The notes beneath the pieces were generated by a model that did no database searches, was not told the origin of the DNA, and worked only from the letters and a program-made list of their open reading frames with translations. This document shows, piece by piece, positions 59,648 through 64,000 of a stretch of 64,000 nucleotides of DNA; position 1 is the first letter of the stretch, and each line of letters opens with the position of its first letter. The translations under genes and the position numbers were made by a program. Source of the DNA: Planctomycetota bacterium (lineage in GTDB: Bacteria > Planctomycetota > Phycisphaerae > Phycisphaerales > UBA1924); assembly GCA_038525225.1 (NCBI GenBank), contig JBCBHW010000002.1, positions 488,007 through 552,006 on the forward strand. The letters run 5' to 3'.

Positions 59648-59932
59648 TCAGCCGCCGGTGACGGCGTCTTCGACGGCGTTCGCACCGTCTTCGATAGCCT
59701 CGCCTGCACCCTCGACGGCGTCCTCAACAGCATCGCCGGCATCTTCGATCATCTCGCCTGCCTCGTCGGCGGCGCCCTCAACGGCCTCGGTGGCATCGTT
59801 CGCGGCGTCCTCGAGCGCGTTGCCGGCATCGGTGGCGGCTTCCTCGGTCGTCGCGGCTCCGTCCTCGGCCTGCTCGCAACCGACGAGCGCGAGGCACGAG
59901 ATCATGGCAAGGGCTGCGGTCTTCTGGAACAT
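59648..59932 (-). CDS. small acidic lipoprotein built of 11-residue amphipathic repeats
   Basis: C-terminal 94 aa of ORF 59648..60079 from MFQKTAALAMISCLALVGC. AAGGAG lies 7 nt upstream. Repeats NALEDAANDAT / EAVEGAADEAG / EMIEDAGDAVE / DAVEGAGEAIE / DGANAVEDAVT. Confidence 0.5.
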   Translation of the reverse strand: MFQKTAALAMISCLALVGCEQAEDGAATTEEAATDAGNALEDAANDATEAVEGAADEAGEMIEDAGDAVEDAVEGAGEAIEDGANAVEDAVTGG

Positions 59933-60002
59933 TGTGGGTCTCCTTCGGTTCGAGTCGAGCGGGATTGTAGGACCGCGTTGGCAAGGGTGCCGCGGCCGCG
60001 GC

Positions 60003-60992
60003 TTATCGGAGGGGCTTGCCCGTTCGCGTGATCCGCGGCACGTAGAAATTCGACTTGTCGAGGCTGAAGGCCACGGCAAAGGCCCGGCCGTGCACCCGGC
60101 GCTCGTGCATGATGCCGAAGCTCGTGCCCCACTGCTCCGGCTCGAGATTCCACTGCCGGCTGTCCTTGGAGTTGTCGCGGTTGTCGCCGATCACGACGAA
60201 GTGATCCTCGGGCACCTCGAACGCGGGCACGTTGCGGATGCCCGGCTTCGCGGCGTCGAACACGACCGCGTGCTCGTCGCCGGGCCCGTTCGCATCGGCC
60301 TGCACGGTCTCGGTGAAGAACTCCGCCGCGCTCGCGCGATTGATGCTGTCCTGATCCCAGTTGTCGATGAGGTACTGGACCATCGACTCGCTGGGTTCGT
60401 ACTGCTCGTAGCCGGCGGCCTGGCCGTTGATGACCAACCGGCCGTCGCGGAGCTCGACGGTGTCACCGCCCTGCGCGACGAGCCTCTTGACGAGCCGAAC
60501 CTCGTCGCCTTCGTCGGGCGAGTAGCACACGACGATGTCGCTGCGCTCGGGCGTGCCCCACTTGACGATCCACGACTCCTTCGAGAACGGGACGCGGATG
60601 CCGTAGACCCACTTGTGCACGAGGATGCGGTCGCCGACCATGATGGTCGGTTCCATCGAGCCGGTCGGCACGTCGAACCAGTCGACCGCGACGAGGCGGA
60701 TGGTCATGACAACAAGCAGGATCTGTCCGAGCGGCCGGATCCACTCGCCCCAGAAGTAGGCGAGGATGGAGTCGTACTTCTTCTTGGGCTTCTTCGGCTT
60801 GCGGCGGAGGCCGAACCCGCGGCGGTTTGCCTCTTCGCGCCTCGGCTCCGTCGGCGCGTCGGCCTTACCCTCGGCCATCGCCTTGGCTCGGCGCTGGGCG
60901 GCGGTCAGCTCGCCCGCGGGCTCCGGCGTCGAAGCCGACGAGGTGTCAGTCCCCTCGGCGTTGGCTGGCTGGCTGTCGTGCTCGTCGGGCAT
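60003..60992 (-). CDS. lepB: signal peptidase I
   Basis: VPTGSMEPTI (Ser box), GDRILVHK (Lys box) and VPEDHFVVIGDNRDNSKDSR. Lys/Arg-rich N-terminal extension. Confidence 0.85.
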   Translation of the reverse strand: MPDEHDSQPANAEGTDTSSASTPEPAGELTAAQRRAKAMAEGKADAPTEPRREEANRRGFGLRRKPKKPKKKYDSILAYFWGEWIRPLGQILLVVMTIRLVAVDWFDVPTGSMEPTIMVGDRILVHKWVYGIRVPFSKESWIVKWGTPERSDIVVCYSPDEGDEVRLVKRLVAQGGDTVELRDGRLVINGQAAGYEQYEPSESMVQYLIDNWDQDSINRASAAEFFTETVQADANGPGDEHAVVFDAAKPGIRNVPAFEVPEDHFVVIGDNRDNSKDSRQWNLEPEQWGTSFGIMHERRVHGRAFAVAFSLDKSNFYVPRITRTGKPLR

Positions 60993-61152
60993 CGGCTCGG
61001 CTCCTCGGCGTCAGGCAAGCGTAGGTACGGATGCGACAGTCCGCATCACGGCGCAGCAGCATCCAATCTTCTCGGGAACCACTTGCCTCGCCGCGCATCT
61101 GACATGACGACACGGATCGAGAACGACAGTCTTGAGAACAGGAGTTTCGGAC

Positions 61153-62316
61153 ATGAACAACGGCTTTTGCTTCCTTGTCGCGGCAACTGCGCTTGGTGTC
61201 GCGCAATCTCCGGCGGCGCAGACATGCGATCCGATGGTGATCGGCCCAGTCGTCAGCGCCGATCCAAACGCGTTCGCCGCGTCGTCCGACGGCACGCTCG
61301 CCGCTGTGGTATCCCCGGGGGGCGTGCTGCTGCTGGACTTTGAGACCGAGCCGCCGGCCGAGACGTTCGTCCCGTTTACGGAGCGTGCCGACTGGGTCGA
61401 GGTGTCGGGTGACAGCGTCTACGTGGTCACCAACCAGACCTTCGTCGTGCTCGACGCTTCCGACCGTACGGCGCCGGTCGAGATCGGCTCCGTGAGCGAT
61501 CCTCGTTTCGCGGGCATCTGGGCGGGCGGTCAGGCCAGCCCCGGCGGGCGTGTGCTGCTGTGCGACCTGACAGCAGGCGTGCTTTGGGTAGACGCGAGCG
61601 ATCCGACGGCGCCGATCGTTGCGGCCGAGGCCAGCGTTCCGGTGCCTCACTCGGTCGATGTTGCGGGCGACTTCGCGTTCGTATCGCAGAACGGCATCTT
61701 TCGGACCATGACCGTGCTCGACGTGAGCTCGCCCGCGGCGTTCGCAGAGATTGCATCGGTCGATCTTCCCGGGGCCAGCGCATCGGACGGCATCGCGATC
61801 GCCGGCGATGCTGCGATCATCGGTGTCGGCAACAACCTCGCTGTGGTCGACATCTCGACACCGACCGCGCCGCAGTTCGTGCAGCTGGTCGAGGTCTTGC
61901 CGCGGGTAACGCTCGAGTCGGTGATCGTGTCGGGCGATCGCGGCTTCGTGGTCGGGTTCGACTTTCCGGTGCCGTCCGAGGTCCCGCTGGTCGTGTTCGA
62001 CCTCTCCGACCCGCTCGCGCCGGCGGAGATCGGGCGTACAACGGTCAATGGTGCGGTCTCACGAAGCACCCTCGTGGGAAGCACGCTGATCGTCCCGAGC
62101 ACCGACTCGCAGACGACACTGGTCGATGTCTCCAGCTGTCTGGTCGAGCAGTGCACGCCGGACACCAACGGCGACGGTGATCTGACTCCCGCTGACTTCA
62201 ACGCGTGGATCCTGGCATTCAACGCGCAGGCTGCCGCGTGCGACCAGAACGGGGACGGCGCGTGCACGCCCGGCGACTTCAACGGCTGGGTCCTGAACTT
62301 CAACGCGGGCTGCTGA
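61153..62316 (+). CDS. secreted LVIVD-repeat beta-propeller protein with two C-terminal dockerin-like Ca-binding repeats
   Basis: ORF trimmed to MNNGFCFLVAATALGVAQSPAAQ (AGGAG 8 nt upstream). Repeats VLDVSSP, LAVVDISTPTAP and LVVFDLSDPLAP. C-terminal DTNGDGDLTPADFNAW and DQNGDGACTPGDFNGW. Confidence 0.65.
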   Translation: MNNGFCFLVAATALGVAQSPAAQTCDPMVIGPVVSADPNAFAASSDGTLAAVVSPGGVLLLDFETEPPAETFVPFTERADWVEVSGDSVYVVTNQTFVVLDASDRTAPVEIGSVSDPRFAGIWAGGQASPGGRVLLCDLTAGVLWVDASDPTAPIVAAEASVPVPHSVDVAGDFAFVSQNGIFRTMTVLDVSSPAAFAEIASVDLPGASASDGIAIAGDAAIIGVGNNLAVVDISTPTAPQFVQLVEVLPRVTLESVIVSGDRGFVVGFDFPVPSEVPLVVFDLSDPLAPAEIGRTTVNGAVSRSTLVGSTLIVPSTDSQTTLVDVSSCLVEQCTPDTNGDGDLTPADFNAWILAFNAQAAACDQNGDGACTPGDFNGWVLNFNAGC

Positions 62317-62335
62317 GGGAGGCAGTCGCGATCGG

Positions 62336-63433
62336 TCAGTCGCCGAAGCTGGTGTAGACGCTCCGTGCAGCCTCGATCAGCGGGTGATCGGGCGGGACGA
62401 GGCGCTGCTTGTTGGCCGCGGACGTAATCTCGACATCTGTCAGCTCTCCCTTCTGCATGACGACCAGTCTGTTGCGCTTGCCCTCCTTGAGCAATTCCAT
62501 GGCGTGATGGCCGAACTGGGTCGCGAGGACTCTGTCTGTGGCGACGGGCGTGCCGCCGCGCTGTACGTGGCCCAGCACGACGTAGCGGCTCTCGATCTCG
62601 GTCATGCGTTCAAGCTTGTCGGCCAGCCACTTGCCAATGCCGCCCAATCGAATCGGATCGGGCGAGTCTTCGATGACACGGTCGACGATCTGCTCGCCGC
62701 CCTTGGGCTTGGCGCCCTCGCTGGCGCAGATGATGGTGAAGCGCTTGCCCCGCTGCGACCGTGCGAGGCAGGCCTCGGCGACCTTGTCGAGATCAAACTC
62801 GATCTCGGGGATGAGGATGACATCTGACCCCGACGCAACGCCCGCGTACAAAGCGAGCCAGCCGGCGTTTCGGCCCATGACCTCGACGACCATGACGCGG
62901 TGGTGACTCGCAGCCGTTGTGTGCACACGGTCGAGGGCTTCGGTCGCGACGCTCACCGCTGTCAGAAAGCCGAAGGTGATGTCCGATCCGTGCAGGTCGT
63001 TGTCGATGGTCTTTGGGACGCCGATGCAGTTGACGCCTCGCTCGGCGAACGGGGCGGCCGAGGACATGGTGCCGTCGCCCCCGATGCAGACGAGCGTGTC
63101 GATGCCGTTGGTCTCCATGTGGGTCATGCAGACGCCGGTCATGTCCATGTACTTGATGCTGCCGTCGTCGTTCTTGCCGACGGCGAACTTCTGCGGGTTG
63201 GCCTTATTCGACGAGCCGAGGATCGTGCCGCCGTCGGTCAGGATGTTGGAGACGTCGTCCTTGGCGAGCGGGCGCACGCGGTCCTCGATGAGGCCCAGGA
63301 AGCCGTCTTCGATGCCCATGACGTCGATGCCGTGGTAAAGGGCGTCCTTGGTGACGGCTCGAATGACGGCGTTGAGGCCCGGGCAGTCGCCGCCGCCGGT
63401 GAGGACGCCGATTCGTTTGGGGTAGCTGCTCAT
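62336..63433 (-). CDS. pfkA: 6-phosphofructokinase (ATP-dependent type; GGDGT)
   Basis: C-terminal 365 aa of ORF 62336..63808 from MSSYPKRIGVLTGGGDCPGLNAVIR. Motifs CIGGDGT and MGRNAGW. Confidence 0.85.
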   Translation of the reverse strand: MSSYPKRIGVLTGGGDCPGLNAVIRAVTKDALYHGIDVMGIEDGFLGLIEDRVRPLAKDDVSNILTDGGTILGSSNKANPQKFAVGKNDDGSIKYMDMTGVCMTHMETNGIDTLVCIGGDGTMSSAAPFAERGVNCIGVPKTIDNDLHGSDITFGFLTAVSVATEALDRVHTTAASHHRVMVVEVMGRNAGWLALYAGVASGSDVILIPEIEFDLDKVAEACLARSQRGKRFTIICASEGAKPKGGEQIVDRVIEDSPDPIRLGGIGKWLADKLERMTEIESRYVVLGHVQRGGTPVATDRVLATQFGHHAMELLKEGKRNRLVVMQKGELTDVEITSAANKQRLVPPDHPLIEAARSVYTSFGD

Positions 63434-63570
63434 ATCGGAACCGGTATCGGTCGTTTCGCTGCGATCTGCGTGCAATAGACAGAACACCGGTGCGTTTGAC
63501 CTGTGGGCCCGCGTGGGCCGGCGAGCGAATCCCGCCGATTTCGGGGTCGGCCAGCTTTGGAGCGTGCGAC

Positions 63571-64000
63571 ATGAAAGCGACACTGACGAGGGTGGCTGCT
63601 TTGGTTCTGTTCGGAACAACGACCGGCATCTCGGCCCAGAACGCCGAGCGGTTCGGCGGCCCGGCGATGCAGGCAGGCGAGCAGGAACGCCAGGTCCAGC
63701 GAGAGCGCAAGGGACGCCGGGGCCCAGGCATCGGCAAGGCCGCGATGCTCGAGCGGTTTGACACCGACGGCGACGGCGAGTTGAGCGAGGCCGAGCGTGC
63801 GAGCGCACGAGAGACTATCCGTGCGACGCGTGAAGCCAGGCGCGAGCAGATGAAGGCCCGGCTGCTCGAGCGGTTCGACGACAACGGCGACGGCGAGCTC
63901 GACGAAGCCGAGCGGGCGGTCGTGCGTGAGACCCTTGGCCCGCGGATGCAGGAGCGGCGCCAACGTGGCCAGAGGCGCCACATGCACAGGCTCGCCCGCG
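63571..64000 (+). CDS. secreted EF-hand calcium-binding protein (5' part; continues past window end)
   Basis: Not in the ORF track because there is no stop before the window end. ATG at 63571 with GGAG 9 nt upstream. Signal peptide MKATLTRVAALVLFGTTTGISAQ. Two canonical 12-residue loops, DTDGDGELSEAE and DDNGDGELDEAE. Confidence 0.55.
   Translation, partial: MKATLTRVAALVLFGTTTGISAQNAERFGGPAMQAGEQERQVQRERKGRRGPGIGKAAMLERFDTDGDGELSEAERASARETIRATREARREQMKARLLERFDDNGDGELDEAERAVVRETLGPRMQERRQRGQRRHMHRLAR

Noticed and set aside
63513-63761. 82-aa + strand ORF
   Set aside because: It is out of frame with the EF-hand protein, which starts at 63571, has an RBS and a signal peptide, and runs off the window. 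The 63513 ORF has no coding-like features.

Overview
The window is a densely packed, very GC-rich bacterial chromosomal segment (roughly two-thirds G+C by eye, with strong GC3 bias in real genes). The taxon is most likely Planctomycetota. The evidence is two tandem DUF1559 proteins with type-IV-pilin-like N-terminal signals (H-X9-DG family), several secreted proteins using LAGC/LVGC/LSGC lipoboxes, and LVIVD-repeat, dockerin-like and EF-hand secreted proteins. I call about 55 protein-coding genes and no tRNA, rRNA, CRISPR array or obvious mobile element. Most genes are housekeeping: glmS, carB, glnS, gltX, asnS, dnaB, rnr, lepB, pfkA, serA, uppP, pdxH, rlmN, rsmE and trmL. Many six-frame ORFs in the supplied track are GC-driven antisense or over-extended artefacts. 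True starts were re-derived from conserved N-termini, RBS-like motifs and 1-4 nt overlaps (ATGA, TGATG, GTGA) that indicate translational coupling. The items most worth follow-up are: (1) a three-part membrane protein fusing a periplasmic-type alpha/beta-hydrolase, a polytopic membrane segment and a cytoplasmic ATP-grasp ligase, co-transcribed with rlmN; its layout resembles aminoacyl-phosphatidylglycerol synthase/hydrolase pairs but the synthase domain is of an unexpected, ATP-dependent kind. (2) DnaB carrying an SSB-like C-terminal tail, a Gly/Tyr-rich disordered linker ending in an acidic ...DEVAPF tip. (3) An EF-G paralog whose catalytic His is Met (DTPGM), whose NKxD motif is degenerate and whose switch I is a His5 run. 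(4) A pair of hairpin elements with conserved 15-17 bp stems and variable loops flanking a two-gene unit. (5) Several repeat-containing or redox-dead secreted proteins. All coordinates come from the ORF track plus arithmetic; no database searches were possible.
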